NCBI RefSeq assembly: GCF_001194135.2
Contig: NC_068985.1
Location: 16,783,902-16,847,901 of the forward strand
Reading direction: 5' to 3'
DNA from: Octopus bimaculoides
Lineage: Eukaryota
Length of the DNA stretch: 64,000 nt
In this document: positions 12,307 through 27,408 of the stretch, in pieces
Numbering within the stretch: the stretch's first letter is position 1
Layout: each line of letters starts with the position of its first letter
The notes under the pieces: model-generated
The model's input: the letters and a program-made list of their open reading frames with translations, nothing else
The model's database searches: none
What the model was told of the DNA's origin: nothing
Program-made: the position numbers and the translations under genes

Positions 12307-15300
12307 TTATTATTAATAATAATGATAATCTTATAGCAATTTCATACATGCAGTAAAAGTTATACATAGGGTTTTCAAGCATGTGAGGAGGGATAAAACT
12401 AAAGTTATATAAAGAGAGAATTATAGACATTATACAATAAATAACTGGACATATTTTTAAAGTGTTTCAGTTTTAAAGCTGTGGTCATGCTGGGGCACCA
12501 CCGTCAGACATGTTTAAAAATTTGATATAAATTGACTAAAATAAATAATTATATAAAAGCACAATTATTAAAAAGAAAGATCTAATTTTAGAAAATCTTG
12601 GAGAACAGTAACACGGCCACACATGACTGAGAATACACCAACTCGGTGGGGGTCAGAACACTCCATAGCACTGGCCTTCTGCCGTGCCTTGAACTGATGC
12701 GTGTGAGCATATATGCTGAGCTACACTAGAAATCTGTTGGAAATTTCATGTTAGTAATTCATAGACTGCTCATGTGCTTTTCACTTCATATCATTTGGAT
12801 GTTCCATAGAACTGAGACCATTCTCCTCCTCACTTAGCATATTGTTATTTCTTTTATCTTCAGTTTAGTTCTTCTATCAGTTCTTCATTTGTTTTGCTAA
12901 GAACTGTGCAATTGAATTAAAATTAGTAAGAGGAGACAGGCTCCATCTCACACTTTGCTTGCTGTCTGCCACTGCTCATGTTAGAACTTTTTCAACCTAA
13001 AGGCACTAATGAGTTGGATGTGACCTAAGGCATCCCATGTCCTCAGGGATATTTTTAGGTTAATTGCTGTGATCACCAGTTTCTATGTCTTGCTTGAGTG
13101 TTTTTTAAATTCTGGCCTTATTTTCATCTCTCCAATAACCAGCTCATCCTCATCATTTTGCTTAAGGTCTTTTATTAGAGAAAAACATTGTTGCTTTGTG
13201 AAACCATAAAAAACATGTTCTGGGAAAGAGGTCATTTCTTGCATATTATATTTGTTTGCACTTGGTGTAAACTTTTCTTTTTTAGAGCCTCTTCTTTTTT
13301 TACTTTTTTAAGTATGGCAGTTTGTCACCCTTACTTGCTCTCCATGTTTTCCTCAGTGTTACAAGATGATAAGATGGTACTGTTGGTTGTAGCTGAGCAA
13401 GGAACGTTTCTGTATTGGCTATTGGTCCTGGAAGCAAGATAGGCTTTTTTTTTTACTTTACTCAGACCTACAAGTGATGGGGCTGTTGGAACAATAGCGT
13501 CTGTTATTGCTGGTTCTGTTGCTATTCTCAACTTTCTCTCCATCTTTCTATTTCTTGGGGTGGAAAGCTTTCAAGTAGCATAATGCTACAAGCGTTATAG
13601 CTAGATTTTCTAATCCATACCTCCCAAACAAATATAATTGCTTGTGACTGCTGCACTTTAAAGATAACAACTTAATCAATAAAAGAAATATATCCTGCAA
13701 TCAACGTATGTTTGTCTAATCCTAGGCAAAATCAAAATCATCATTGTTCCCATTGTGACTTCATAGCAAAATCTATACCTGGACTCAGATTACATTTATG
13801 CATCCATCGCAAATGGATGCAGCTTTTATTTTCAATCCTTTTGTTTTAATCCTTTCCTTCAAACACTCATACATCAAAATTGACGGTGGTGACCATCATC
13901 GTAATTTTTAAGCCTATTATGTTATAAATTATATGCTAATTGGATGGTTGCTGGAATTTCAAGTGTTTTTGTAGTTTTGTCAAGCAGCAGGTGCTGTTAG
14001 ACAAAACTATATGATTTGTGGGTAGTGGTTTTGACTAAAATAAATTGCCTGACACTTTTGAGTGTAGGTACTGAGTGGGAGGTCATTGGTGCTACTGTGT
14101 GATTATTTCACATTGAACTAGGCTACCTGTGATTAATCAACTAAAGCAGCTGTCAACAGACTCTTGACAAAGTGGTGCAGAATTTGATAAAATAATACCA
14201 GTCATATACTAGGGGAAATTCTAGTTGACTATGCTTTACCACTAAAAAAATTGAAATTGTCCTTATTTTATTGTTATAGTTTGTCTTTGAAACTCTGTCT
14301 AAAAGCAAACCTGTACTCATTCAAAAAACAAAAAGTTTTTTTTGCTTCAATATTCTAATCCAGAAAGCTCAAGTGTTCTTGTATTCTTTTATCTGCTATA
14401 TTAAACTTGTATTAAGATCTAGAGACCAGCTTATGTCAACATGAACATTTTAATAAAACAAGTTTTGAATATTTTTCTTGGTAGTAAAATATTTCAATTA
14501 CTGAGTAATCTTTATATATTAATTTCATCTAACGAAATATTATGGAATGTTCATCTTCATAAATTCTATAAAAAATAATTTACACTTTAATATCTTCATT
14601 GCATACCATTGAGAATCCCTTTTATATATGTTTTGTTGATAGCATTTTGAGAATCTTTTATACTGCTTGCTATGGTCTATATTTCTATGTTCTCTATGAG
14701 TATGCATTAACTTATCAGTAAGTAGAAAAAAAACAGTTTTTGGTGGTTTTTCTTTTCATATCTGAACATAATTATATTTTTCATAAAAATTGTTCCATAG
14801 TTGAATATTTCTTGCTATTTAAGTATTGTTGATGCAACTTTAATATGCATTGCATTCTACACTGAGGAGTTTTATGATCAAAAGTATATTCCTTTGTGTT
14901 TGACGCCTTCTCAATCGCTGCGATAGTAATAATACATTTTGTTAATTACTACCTAAAGTTGGTAGGCAATATATCTAAAATTTAAGGTCTTTGATATCTT
15001 TTTCTGGGGTGTTATTACACTTTTCAGATCAAATGTTGCTTTTTAAACTGTTTTAAATTCAGTATTATTTATAAAAATAAAAAAATAAAAAATTGAAATG
15101 TTTTTACAGTAGTCAAGATTAGAAAGAATGCCTCGTTGTAAAATTTTTGTTGTATAATCAATGATGTATTGATTTAACTAATACATGGTTTGTGTAGTTA
15201 GTAGTAAACCTTATTTATTTTGTTCTACTTTGTCTAATGTAGAATAAAGTACCCAAAGGGTTAAAAGTTATTGACTTTAAAGTGTCTTAGTTTTCAAAAT

Positions 15301-16273
15301 CGCTGGAGTTTATAGCAGATTAGTGAAAGATACACACACTCAATACTCAGAGAATAATGTGTATGTATATGCCAAAACAGACATTGATGCAGTCCTCAGA
15401 CCTGTCAGATCTTGTCAAACTATTCAACCCATGCCAGCATGGAATATGGACACTGAAATGATGGATAGTATATCTTTGTTTCTTACATTATGTTGTATCC
15501 CTCTCTTGAGTGTCATGTAAATATCTGGGATTGTGGAACTTTAACAGAGAATAAATAATAAAATTTGTTTGCTTTGGTTATTAGGACATTTTATTTGTGT
15601 ATAAAATTATACTTAAAACACATGCACAATAAAATTTGTTTATAAAATGCAAGCATGGAATAAAAAATAAACAATAACGGAACAAATTTGATAGACTACT
15701 CTTGTCCTCTTTTTGTGCAATGTTTGTTCCATAGTTGCATTTACACTAAAAATAATGCCATCTAATGGCTGCTATATAATTTTAAAATTCTTATTGATGG
15801 TACAACACAAGCTTTCCAAATATAAGATTTCAGTATTGTCTTTTAAGGCAGTTATCACTATGTGTGTCTAACATTTAGTCATAAAGTTTAGAAATGTTTT
15901 TGTGAATGGTGTTAATGACGTTTATGTACGACCATGATTTTGAATTCTTAATCACGAAATATATTATATGTAGGTAATAAGTTGTGTCATAACAGTAAGT
16001 ACTCAAGATAATTTGTTACAGTGTGTAATTTACTCGTAATATCAACAAATGATGATGCAATTTTCCTCCATTTTCCAAACTAAATTTATATTATACCTAA
16101 TTATCTGTAAATAATATAACAGTTTTAAATGTTTTAACTTCAAATTTATCATAGAATTTAAATACTTATGAATTTTGACTCATTTATATATACGAGTTTA
16201 AGATTTCTTTTTAACATTCTTTTCAAATTATTAGTTAGGTTTTTTTTAATACGTAGAATGTTAAGTATCTCCC

Positions 16274-18482
16274 ATGGATAAATGGTTAAATTTGTCAAAG
16301 AACACAGCAATACCACAAATCAAAAAGTGAGTGAGAGTAAAAAGCTGAACAATCCTGGACAAAAATGAGAAAGTACAAATCTTTTTTGCAATATGGATTG
16401 ACTTCAATGTAAGGCAGGAAGAACACTGTCCAGTTTCCCTTATTTATAACTTGGCTCCTGCAGAGGGCTTATTGGGCCTGTGGCCTGAAACTAAAGAGAG
16501 TAATAACAATAAAGTATTTATTAGTACCTTGCCAGTATGATATTACTTTAATATCAGTTTAAATGAAAAACTTGTTTGTCCACAAATTTTGGGAGTTCTT
16601 TTAAAATTTGAATTTTCAACTGTTAGCATATAACAAATCTTCATTCAAACCTGATTCCAATGCTGAATGTTCAAGAACCAAACGAAAGGCAGATTTTCAA
16701 TCCTCGGATCATCCTGATTCCATAAAGGTATAATATGTCTATGTAGAGCAAATGTAGACAGATACAAGGTTTCTGGACAGATAGACAGAATTTCATGTTT
16801 ATTATCATAGACAGATGAATATTAACGATTGGAAGTATGAAGCCTGCTAAATTAAAAAGGCATTCTGGTACTTAATACTTGCTTCCTATACAGACAAATC
16901 TTTCCCATATTTTTGAAACATCATTCACCAGTTTGGTTCAACAAAAACATTTAAGACCATCATAGAAAACATGCTTAATTACAAAAGGAAAGAAGCCATA
17001 TGTGATTATTGATGAACTTGCATTGCCAATGGCATGAGGAATCATAAAAATTATTCAGAGAAAGACTTAATGAAATATGAAGAGTTCCATAGTCAAATGA
17101 TACAGTATATAAAAGAATTGCAGAAATTAACAATGACCAATTTGTGCTACTTATTGAAAGATTTAAAGGAAATGCTAAATTTGTAATTGACATCACAGTT
17201 TAGTAGTAGTAATTGTTTCCCCCTGCCAGTTTCATGTATGAGCACAACGTGGTCTTGTAGCTATTGTAGCTCAACTGTCTATATTTGTCAGATATTTGTA
17301 TGAAAACAGTGTGCACAAGAGCTTAATGTTTTGTCAGGAAAAGATGAACATACAACAAGTGAAAATGTTTTCCTCAAAGTGGGCTATATGTTTAAGGAAA
17401 TTTATCTGAAACAGAATAACTGTGATGGTGTATACACTGGTGGCACTGAAATGAGAGGGGGCGAGGGGTGGTGAGAAAATATAGAATTTCAAGCTAAAGC
17501 GACAACTGCAGACAGTGCACTGACTGCATTCATTCAATAATTCATGGAGAGGCATTAGTGATTGGGGGGGGGGGGGCACTTTCTAGGAAAAAGCTAAGTG
17601 TGGTAATATAAGATGCAGTTAAAATTATCAATTTCATTAGCAGTCAAACATTAATAGCTGTTTGTAAATCTATACCAGGATGAATTCTGAGTTCACACAA
17701 ACTTTAACTGCAGACAGAAGTGTTATGGTTGTTGAAGGGACAAGCGATGAGAGAATCAAGTAAACTTAAGTAAAACAAAAAAGTGATGCTCTTTATCAAT
17801 AAAGCATTACTTTCGTGCAGAATTTTTTCACTGTTTGAATTTGGTTTTGCAAATAGTTATTTTTCAGGCATGTTTAAGAAACTTAACAAACTTAATGTCT
17901 CTGCAAGACATTAAACATTTTCCCTTTGAAAAGGCAAGTCTGAAATATTCAGTGCAATGTATTAGAATTGAGATGTTTTCATGTACTGATGTTTTGTCTG
18001 TAAATAATTTGACTTTTAGATAGAAAATAAGAAAGCGTTTGCATGTATGAATAAAAGGTTCCGTAAATATATTTACTAGACATAGACAGTTGTAAATCAG
18101 ATGGGGCAGGGGGCATCCAGATGCATTCATTCTAGCAGTAGAACAGGTGAAGCCTCTTTTTTGAAGGTACAAGAATTTGCAAAGCAGTCATGCAATCCAG
18201 TCTTCAAACTTGAATTTTAAAAGATAAGCAAGTATTTTTGAAGCTGAATGTGATATCAAGATTTCCAATGCCATTTGAATTAGCAACGACAGCTTTTCTA
18301 CCATTTCCTTCTACATGTCTATATGAATCTGCAATTTCAGCTTAAACAGTAATTAAGACAAAATACCACTCAACTATTAAGAATGTAAAAAAAAAAAAAT
18401 TCCCTTCAGAACATTACTGACAAACATCAAGCTACAGTTTGATGTATTTTGCCAAAATAAACAAGCGCACCCCTCCCACTAA
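16274..18482 (+). pseudogene. Degenerate hAT transposase of Buster/Charlie (ZBED5/ZBED8-like) type, traceable from start to stop
   Basis: Collinear family motifs: MDKWL (16274); MRKYKSF; SMKPAKLKRH (16834-16863); AQLSIFVRY (17269-17295); TTSENVF...CDGVYTGG; HSIIHGEAL (17531-17557); LQTEVLWLLKG (17708); KLNKLNVSLQ; LPFPSTCLYESAIS (18298-18339); IKTKY; terminal KQAHPSH* (stop 18480-18482). Many stops and frameshifts, plus inserted sequence at about 16430-16825. Confidence 0.88.
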
Positions 18483-18934
18483 AAATAGTCATATATTTTT
18501 GTTGTTTGTAAAGTTGTGTGGTCTTGTAGCTAATTTTTTTAATATAAGTTTTAGTTTGTAATTAATGGGTTTTTTTTTTATTTAATATACTTGCATTTCT
18601 TTTTTCTCTACTTAATTTTATAACTGTGAAGGTCGTGAGAAATTCTGTCTGATAAAAAGGGACTCATGAGGGAAAAAAGTTAAAAAAACAACAATGCTGT
18701 GTGTATGTCTCTTTCTTTCTTTTTCTCATTTAACACACTTTGCTACATTTGCATGGGTCAGATGGAATTTGTTGAGGCATTTTCTATGGCTAGATGGCCT
18801 GATGTTTTTGTTTTTTTTACAGAAGACTGGAAATAAACATCACTTTGTGTGTGTTAAAATTATATTGTTAAGCTACACACTAAGCAGGAAATTACCTTAA
18901 AGAGAGATAGAAACTGAAGAGTTGTTGCTTAGAT

Positions 18935-19230
18935 CAGTGGTTCTCAACATTGAGCCTGAGGCCCAATTTGCATTTCAAGTTGAACCAATCTTTTGAAGTT
19001 CAAATTGATAACCTAATTGAAAAACACCAACTGCAATGTAAACACTAGTGTAATATTTATTTAACAATTGTCATTGTACTCATACATGAAACTGGCATGT
19101 GGAAACAATTACTACTTTATGGGGTTTATATTCCAGAAGAGGGTCAGATAACTGGTTTAGAGGTCAGTGGGCCTGGGATTTTTTTATCATAAAACATGGG
19201 CCCAAAGATGAAAAAGGTTGAGAACCACTG
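18935..19230. mobile_element. hAT Buster/Charlie-type MITE, 296 bp
   Basis: Perfect 14-bp TIRs CAGTGGTTCTCAAC / GTTGAGAACCACTG. Perfect 8-bp TSD GCTTAGAT at 18927-18934 and 19231-19238, with the central TA typical of Buster elements. Confidence 0.93.
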
Positions 19231-20821
19231 GCTTAGATGGTACCAAGATGACTTTGATTTAGCAGCCCTTTGTTCAGAAGTGTTCCACTACGACCATCCC
19301 TTTTTTTTGTATTTCTGAGATATTTGTTCTCTCAACTATTTTAAACTGGTACAATGTGATTTAAGGGAGATTTGGTTGCTTTACCTAGCAGGTTAAATGA
19401 CTGCATAGTCTCCTTCATTGCCTTGTTCCTCATATATTTATATTCAATAGATTCCTCTAATCTTGATAATTTAAATTTTTTGCAATCATATAGTTCAATA
19501 AGAGATTACTATTTTTTAAAATATTTTCTAAAAAGTGATTCCATTTAAATACACCTACCAAGTGATAATTGTTAACAACATGTCTCTTTACCACCAAAGC
19601 AATGTTGGAAAACTGTTTCATTTACTTTGGAGTAGCCTCGTCTTCTGTTTGTACTAATTTTGGATAATGTTTCTTGCCTGTTGATGTAGAGAAAATACAA
19701 TGCTTTAAATTATTTTTATGTCCATGTACTTAATGTGAATTGTGTGTGGGGGGAGGCATGCACATGCATTTATAATTATTATTATTAGTAGTAGTAGTAG
19801 TATTCAATGCTGAGTCACAATTGAGAGTTTCTTGTTCTTGGTCCTCAGATCACTAGTGTTGTTATTTTTTAAACTTGCTTATGCATAAAACCATCAATTG
19901 ATTCCCTGAAAACAAATTTGATAGGGATTATTGATTACATATACAAGTAACAAACTGTATAGAAAAGGAGAAAAAAAAAAGGAAGGAGAAGAAAGAAAAG
20001 CCATAGAGAAAAACTGGGGAGGGGGGGAAGAAGAAAAATATAATAGATGAGAGAAAAAGAAAAAAAGGTGTCAGTATTCTCCCAGAATTTCAGCAGCTTT
20101 CAGTTAAGTAGTGTTTTATGGATGTCACAAGTGTGTGTGTGTGCACGCACGCGTTTGCATGCAAGTACACATATGTATTCATGCGGATGGATGCTTTTGA
20201 CCTGTGGTAAGAGGGGGGAAAATATCATTTAATGTGTTTTATTCATTCTGATAGGGGCAAAGATAGCATATATAGTCAGCTCCCTTTTGTTGTGATTAGA
20301 TGGGTACAATAGATTTATACATATAAAAAGAGAGCAAAAGATGGTGTAACAATTAGCCCTGCCAAAGTTGTTTTTCAGGATCACCTGATTAAAGTTAGTC
20401 AGTGGATATGTTTATAGGCAAGCTTTGAAAACTACAGTGCCAGTTGTCTGAGAACGAGCAGTGTAAGCTACTCATACAAACTCAGCTTCAAAGATGTCTC
20501 ATTTATTTCATTCTGCCTTAGAATATTGAGTACATTTTATACTTAACTGTAACTTACACACATGTGAAACCACCATCTGCTACACACACATACACAGCTC
20601 CAATTAGTTAATCAATCAATCAAAAATCAGCTGTCTACTCTGAGTTTCACTCTTGGCTGGATTGTTCAAGACAAGAACAGCTTGACCAAGGATTAATCTC
20701 TGAGTTGACTATACCAATTTTTATTATAATAATTACATCTATCTGTTCTACTCAGTGTACTGAATTCTATGTCAGATAATGTCTACACTAAATAAATTAT
20801 ATCGCTTTACAATTCTTACAT

Positions 20822-20875
<54 letters not shown>

Positions 20876-22401
20876 CACTCACACCCACACACAATCTTAA
20901 ATGGCGTCACCATACATACCACTATACGAGCTGCCACACATACTGTTTAACTCAGTACACATACCACACCATCATGCACACTCCCACATACAATCACATA
21001 ATACCTGAACACAGACAATATATACACGCAACTCACATAAACACACTCATAGACAAAGATAACTTTCACCCACAAATATACACAATACACATGCACACTA
21101 TTTGATTACACACATGCACACATCAACTGCTATACACACATTACATTCACTTACCCCCTTTCACACATGCACACTCGCACACACCATCCTCACACACACA
21201 CACACACACACACACTCATGCACCTTAGTTCGTTGGGGTCATCATTACTATTATTATTATTATCTCCCTTTCATTCAACCTCTTTTTGTGGTCATCTCAC
21301 CATGTTGGGCTGTTGAACTCTGTACAGCTTTTCTCTCTCCATTTTTTCCCTATTAATCCTCTCTGTTGAAGAGCATAGGCTCAAAACATAAAAGACTTTT
21401 CCATTTTTCCCAAGTGTTAAACTAATACACCTGTTTGTTGTTCCTACAACTGTCTATGTCTTTTGTTTTCTGTAAATTTGAATTATATATANNNNNNNNN
21501 NNNNNNNNNNNNNNNNNNNNNNNNNNNNNNNNNNNNNNNNNNNNNNNNNNNNNNNNNNNNNNNNNNNNNNNNNNNNNNNNNNNNNNNNNNNNNNNNNNNN
21601 NNNNNNNNNNNNNNNNNNNNNNNNNNNNNNNNNNNNNNNNNNNNNNNNNNNNNNNNNNNNNNNNNNNNNNNNNNNNNNNNNNNNNNNNNNNNNNNNNNNN
21701 NNNNNNNNNNNNNNNNNNNNNNNNNNNNNNNNNNNNNNNNNNNNNNNNNNNNNNNNNNNNNNNNNNNNNNNNNNNNNNNNNNNNNNNNNNNNNNNNNNNN
21801 NNNNNNNNNNNNNNNNNNNNNNNNNNNNNNNNNNNNNNNNNNNNAAAAATGATTTTGTTATTTTTTAAAAAAATTCTGAAAGTAATTGATAAATTATATT
21901 GAATTTTTTACAAGAACTTAAAGTCATACCCCACTCCCACCACCTTTATTTAGAAGTGTATTTTTTAAAGTAATTTTTATGGCATGTGTATATATTCACA
22001 TTTGTTTGTAAGTTGCTGGACTGCCTGCCATATTTTATTTTCAAAATAAAATGTGACAGTATTGGAATAATAACAGTTACCCCTCAGAAGTGATGTTAGT
22101 TTTTATTTATATAACTATATATATATATATATATTTGTTTGTTTGTTTTTAATATAATTTAAAATTGCACAAAAATAAGGTTTGTAAAATTATCCAAACC
22201 AACCTTTCAATATTCTTCATAGTCATGGTAAAACAAAACTGGAAATTGTGATGTTAACACTTATTTTCTTCCCCTCTCTCTCTTTTTTTTTTTGTCTTAT
22301 GTTAAAATATCTGAAAAGGGAATTTCTCCTGAAATTAAGATTGAATTTGGTCTTCATTTTTATGCAGTGGCAATTAAGAATATTCTAAAATTCTTTTAGA
22401 T

Positions 22402-22656
22402 CAGTGGCTTTCAATCAGTGTCTATATGACCTTTGCAGGTCCATATAAGTTTTTGTTAAAATTTGTCTCCAATAAATTGATTATACTTCTACAATACACA
22501 AAATATTTTGATAAATTTTATTAAATACAATTTCTAATAATATTTAATTATAAAGATATAATGGAATTTTTAAAACATTGAATGACTGGAAGGATCCATC
22601 CAGGTAAAATAGGAATCAAAGGAGCCATAGGTAAAAAAAATGATTGAGAAACACTG
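22402..22656. mobile_element. hAT Buster/Charlie-type MITE, 255 bp, older copy
   Basis: Imperfect 16-bp TIRs CAGTGGCTTTCAATCA / TGATTGAGAAACACTG. Flanks TTTTAGAT and CTGTAGAT match at 6 of 8 positions and both have the central TA. Confidence 0.75.
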
Positions 22657-25362
22657 CTGTAGATAATGAGGATGGAATAAACTAAGGCATTTAAGTGTTG
22701 GTGCTTTGAGAAAGAGATATAATTCTGAAAAGTTTTACCTTTCTTCATATTAGGGCATGATTGCTGTGAAGTTACAGTACAAATTTACTGACCACATAAT
22801 CTTGAGCTCAAAGTTGTGACCTAATTTTCAGTGTATAACTTTGCTTACTTCATCCTGCTTAACAACAGGAACCACTCATATTACATAGACAGTGGTAAGA
22901 TATAGCATCCAGCTGTAATAACAGTTGCTGCAACAATATGCAAGTGTTCTAATTTGCACTAAACTATTCCATTAATGCTAACACTTCATGTTTTTACTTA
23001 ATGCTAGTTTTGATACAGGCAGTTAGAAAGTTTGCTTTCCAGCCACAAGGTTTTGGGTTCAGCCTACTGCATGGTACTTTGGGCATGTCTCCTATATCCC
23101 TGGGTCGACCAAAGCTTTATGAGTGTATTTGAATTATGAAAACTGAAAAAAGCCTATCGTGTGTGTGTGTGTGAATTAGAGGGTGTAGATAGGAATGTGT
23201 GTGATTGTTGTAAATGAGCATTGTTCTAATATCTTGCAAAAACATGCCTGGCTATGGGGAAATATTACCTTGCTGGGAAATGGGTAAAGGTTGGTGACTG
23301 GAAAGGCATCCAACCATAGAAAACCTGCCTCAGTAAGCTTCATTTGACCCCTGCAAACATGGAAAAGTAGGGGTTGAAACGATAACAATACTAAGTTATA
23401 TTGAAAATTATTAAACTGAAACATTTTTCTGTATCTCTGCTCACAAGCAACAAAAGTGATGTTCTTGATAATGGTATGTAGATCTTAAATACATCAAAAT
23501 GTTTATGGCTGATAGCCACTAATCATCAATTTTTCAAAATAGCTAATTACATATTCTATCCATACCTATAATCACTTGAGCATATCTGACCAATTATATA
23601 TAGTTATACCCAGCAGAAATATTCTTTAATAAGAACTAGAAAAAGATAAAAAAAAAAATTACATTACTTGTCTGTAAGTGCTGAGATTTGCAATAAAATC
23701 AAAGAAAAGTTATTGCAGTGCAATTGTAGAAATTCTGCTGCAGATAGGAGGTGGGATAATATTTTAAGTTCTCTAAGCAAATGTCGAAAAGGAAAAAATA
23801 CTTTCCCATCTTTTGATAATGCATTTATCTTGGCTAACAAATCTAACAATTTATCATTGATAATATTAGCTTCAATAAGAAAAAACCCTGAAGAATGAGA
23901 TGAGATTCTGGCTTGTATACTGGTAATAGTTTTCTTCCCCCTTTTACCAGAAATTATAGCATTCTTGATTTAAAAAAATAAAATTTCCTCTAATAAGTTT
24001 AATGGAGAATTTAGATATTATCGTGCCTTGTAGAACATGGAAATTTAAAATAGTTTTCAATTTACCTATATGTTGTATATAATCAGATGGTTTGAGTAAA
24101 ATATTTTTACTAAGAACTATGATCGCAAATGAACTGGAGTATAAAAGATGCTTTAGTTGTGCACTCAGTTACACAGAATAACAATGTCAGAATTTTTATA
24201 GTGATATCTGCTTGAATCTCTCTGCTGTAATTAATAGAATCACAAATTGCATCTTACAAAAATTTGGATAAAAATACGCTAATTAAACTAAACTACTGAA
24301 TTTTTTTTTTTTTTTCCATATAATTGTGTTGTTTAATTTCTCTACAGTGTCATATTTACAAAATTTTGAAATATTTAAAATGCCTGAGATGAGTTTAGAT
24401 TTTTTTTTTAAAGGGCTAAATATTTTTTCAGTTGGTTCAATTGTGAATTATCAAGTGTCTTGTTCATTGATTTAAACATAGTACCAAATTCTATTTACTA
24501 TGGCCATTGTTACCTGCATTGATAGCCTTTGTGGATCATCATTATCATTTAACATCTGTTTTCCAAGCTGGCTTCTATGGCTGGATACCCTTCCTAATGC
24601 CAGCCATTTTACCGTGTGAACTGGGTGCTTTATATGTGGCACCAGCATGTGTGTTTTATACATGGCACTGGCATGGGTACCCTTATGTGGCACCAGCATA
24701 AGGACAAGTATGAATTAAATTAGAAATAAATATTTGTAATTTTAGTTCAAGTGTGGTGCTGTGAATACATTCAGAAGTAAGGCACTTAATGCCAGAGATG
24801 AAACCAATTGCAAGGCAGTGATATAAAGATTGAAACCATTCATCTCTAAAGATAAGGTTAATAATTCAAAATGAATCCATTTAAATACAGTTAGTCAGCT
24901 AATTACAACTGAATTGTAACTCAGAATGCATGCATTAAAAATTATTCTCTGAATTTATGAACCTCCATACATTATCAGCTTATCTGTCTGTATTTTTATT
25001 TATGATTAAAAAGATATCAACAAAAGTACACTTCTGAATGGATAATTAACCCTTCTACAGCTTCCGAGCTGGTAGAAATTGTCAGTACCCTGGGCAAAAT
25101 GCTTAGTGAACATCTTTACATTCTGAGTTCAAATTCTGACATTGCCTTTCATTGTTTTGGGGTTGATGTAATTGATTTACTCCCCCTCCCAAATTTGCTG
25201 GCTTTTGACCAAAGTTTGAAACCAATTTTTAGAAATTCAGAAATATTCCTGTTTTATTTACTTCTAAATGTTCCTGACACAAAATATGTAACTGAATAAA
25301 ACAATGCTGCAAAACATGACACATTCTTAATATAAATGTTACTAATTCAAAAGAAAAGGTCA

Positions 25363-25399
<37 letters not shown>

Positions 25400-27083
25400 A
25401 TGCGTGTGTGTATTCACAGCAGCTTAATAAAAAAATGTTCAATAAGCTATAAGTGGTGATGGATAACCCATTGAACAGGCAAGATAGTTTCATGTGACAA
25501 AAAAAATGTACATTACAAATGTGATCAACAGATGACTGAACTACTATTGAGAAAGGCAGATAACTGCTCTAATTTGTTGATACCATTATTCTTCAGAGAT
25601 ACTAAGACTATTCAGTGATAGCACTTGATCAAGAAAATTTAAGTGAATTACATCCATTATTGACTACTGTGGAATCACCATCCCCTCTCCAATCATGTTT
25701 TTAAAGAGTTTAAATCTGTTAGAAATTGCTTTTATAATTAAGATGTTTCATCTAATTTTATCAGTATTATCTTGCAGAAGGCAGGATAATCTGCCCTATT
25801 GACATGTTATCACCAACAGTTTATATACATCAACTCATTATCATACACTTTCCTGTCTCTGTTGCCAATACTCTCTTTGGAGTTACCACAATTTACTCTG
25901 TCTCTTTAAGACTCCAGACTAGTACAATATTCAGTTCTTCATTTGGCTTTTTCTAGTCAAATTTCAATATGTGTTGTGTTGCTGCAAATGACATAAGAAA
26001 TTATAATTACATCAAGCTCTAAACTTTCAGCATTTCTTATCATTTATAAAACCTAACTTAATACGAATATATCTTTTTGTTGGACACACTTGCACCCACC
26101 ATATGTCATACTAGATATATTCATATGTGCAAGTGTGTGCAATATATCTTGCTATGATATAACTAAGTATTGGTTTTTGGTATATTTGTGGAAACTGTGT
26201 TGCTTTTGTTTTTGGTTTCAACAAGCCTTGTCATAAAATGTCCCATTGTTTCCTATTGTGAAAGATTATGGTTATCTATATTGTTCTATCACAAAAATTT
26301 ATTGAATTAATATTTTAAAAACAAAATAGCCATTTATGAGTTGGTATTGTTTTAAGCTTAACTGTTCTTATCTTCAGAATGGCTTATTTGTAAGTAGATG
26401 CTGCTACTTAATTATCTCCACCATAAGGAATATAATGGAATTTAAGTATAGTTGTATTTGAAATTATTTTGATCATTAATATTAACTAACACTGCAGCCA
26501 TCTGAGGAAAAGAGAGGAGATTATTTAATTCTTTTATTACCAACTTAGTAAATTAGGGTCATATTTAAAATAAAACTTCTAATAACATATATGTAATATT
26601 TCAGCTTATCAACACCAACATAATATAAAGTTACATAATACTACTCACCACCTCCAAAATTTTGATTATATTTAAAATTAATCAAAACATTTACACAGTG
26701 TATTCATTAGAAATTGTCACAAAAGTGCAAAGAGAATTTTTTGTAGAATAATTTTCAAATATTATGTTGATATATTATCTAAATTCTGTACATTGTGGCT
26801 TTTATTTAATACAAGAAATGAGATGACCCAGTCGTTTGTGAAGTTTAATAAAGTGGTACAGAATGGGCATTGACAGAAATGGTGGCTACATGGTGGTGTA
26901 ATGTGTATTTCTAAGTGGACATTAGCGTCAGATTAGTATTTCTCAGATGTAATTTAATGATTTATAGCTGAAATAGTTATACTATTGCCTGATCTAGAGT
27001 AGATATTGACCTTGTAATATTCATATATTCAAAGAGTATAATACCTGTATTTCACTCAATTTCAAAAGCTGAACCAGCTTAGA

Positions 27084-27335
27084 CAGTGGTTCTTAAATTT
27101 TTTGACTTGGTAATAATTTGAAATCAAATTAAAAAAAAAAAAATTTACTGCTGCACTTTCCATGGAAAGTTAAAAAATAGTGTTTTAAAGTTCATTAAAA
27201 AAAAATATAGGTAATTATACTTGTATAAAACAAAATTATGAATTATACAGTTTTAAAAATACTCAATCATTAATGTCAATATCCTTAAGTCTTAAATTAC
27301 ATTTTTGATAATTCATGACACACTATTTGTAGTAG
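27084..27335. mobile_element. Possible degraded hAT MITE (only the left TIR is clear)
   Basis: CAGTGGTTCTTAAA at 27084 preceded by GCTTAGA. The right end is degenerate and no TSD could be confirmed. Confidence 0.4.
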
Positions 27336-27408
27336 TGCTCTAACCTGTTGGATATGTGTCTGGGTGTTTAGGGTTGATTTCCCCCCCCCCCCCNNNNNNN
27401 NNNCTATA

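Noticed and set aside
12620-13600. Possible degraded non-LTR retroelement on - (also 36350-37480)
   Set aside because: Purine-rich and coding-like, but no diagnostic motif could be read with confidence.
13800-16260. Scattered CpGs suggesting the ARF6 promoter
   Set aside because: CpG density is not clearly above neighbouring sequence, and no first exon can be defined.
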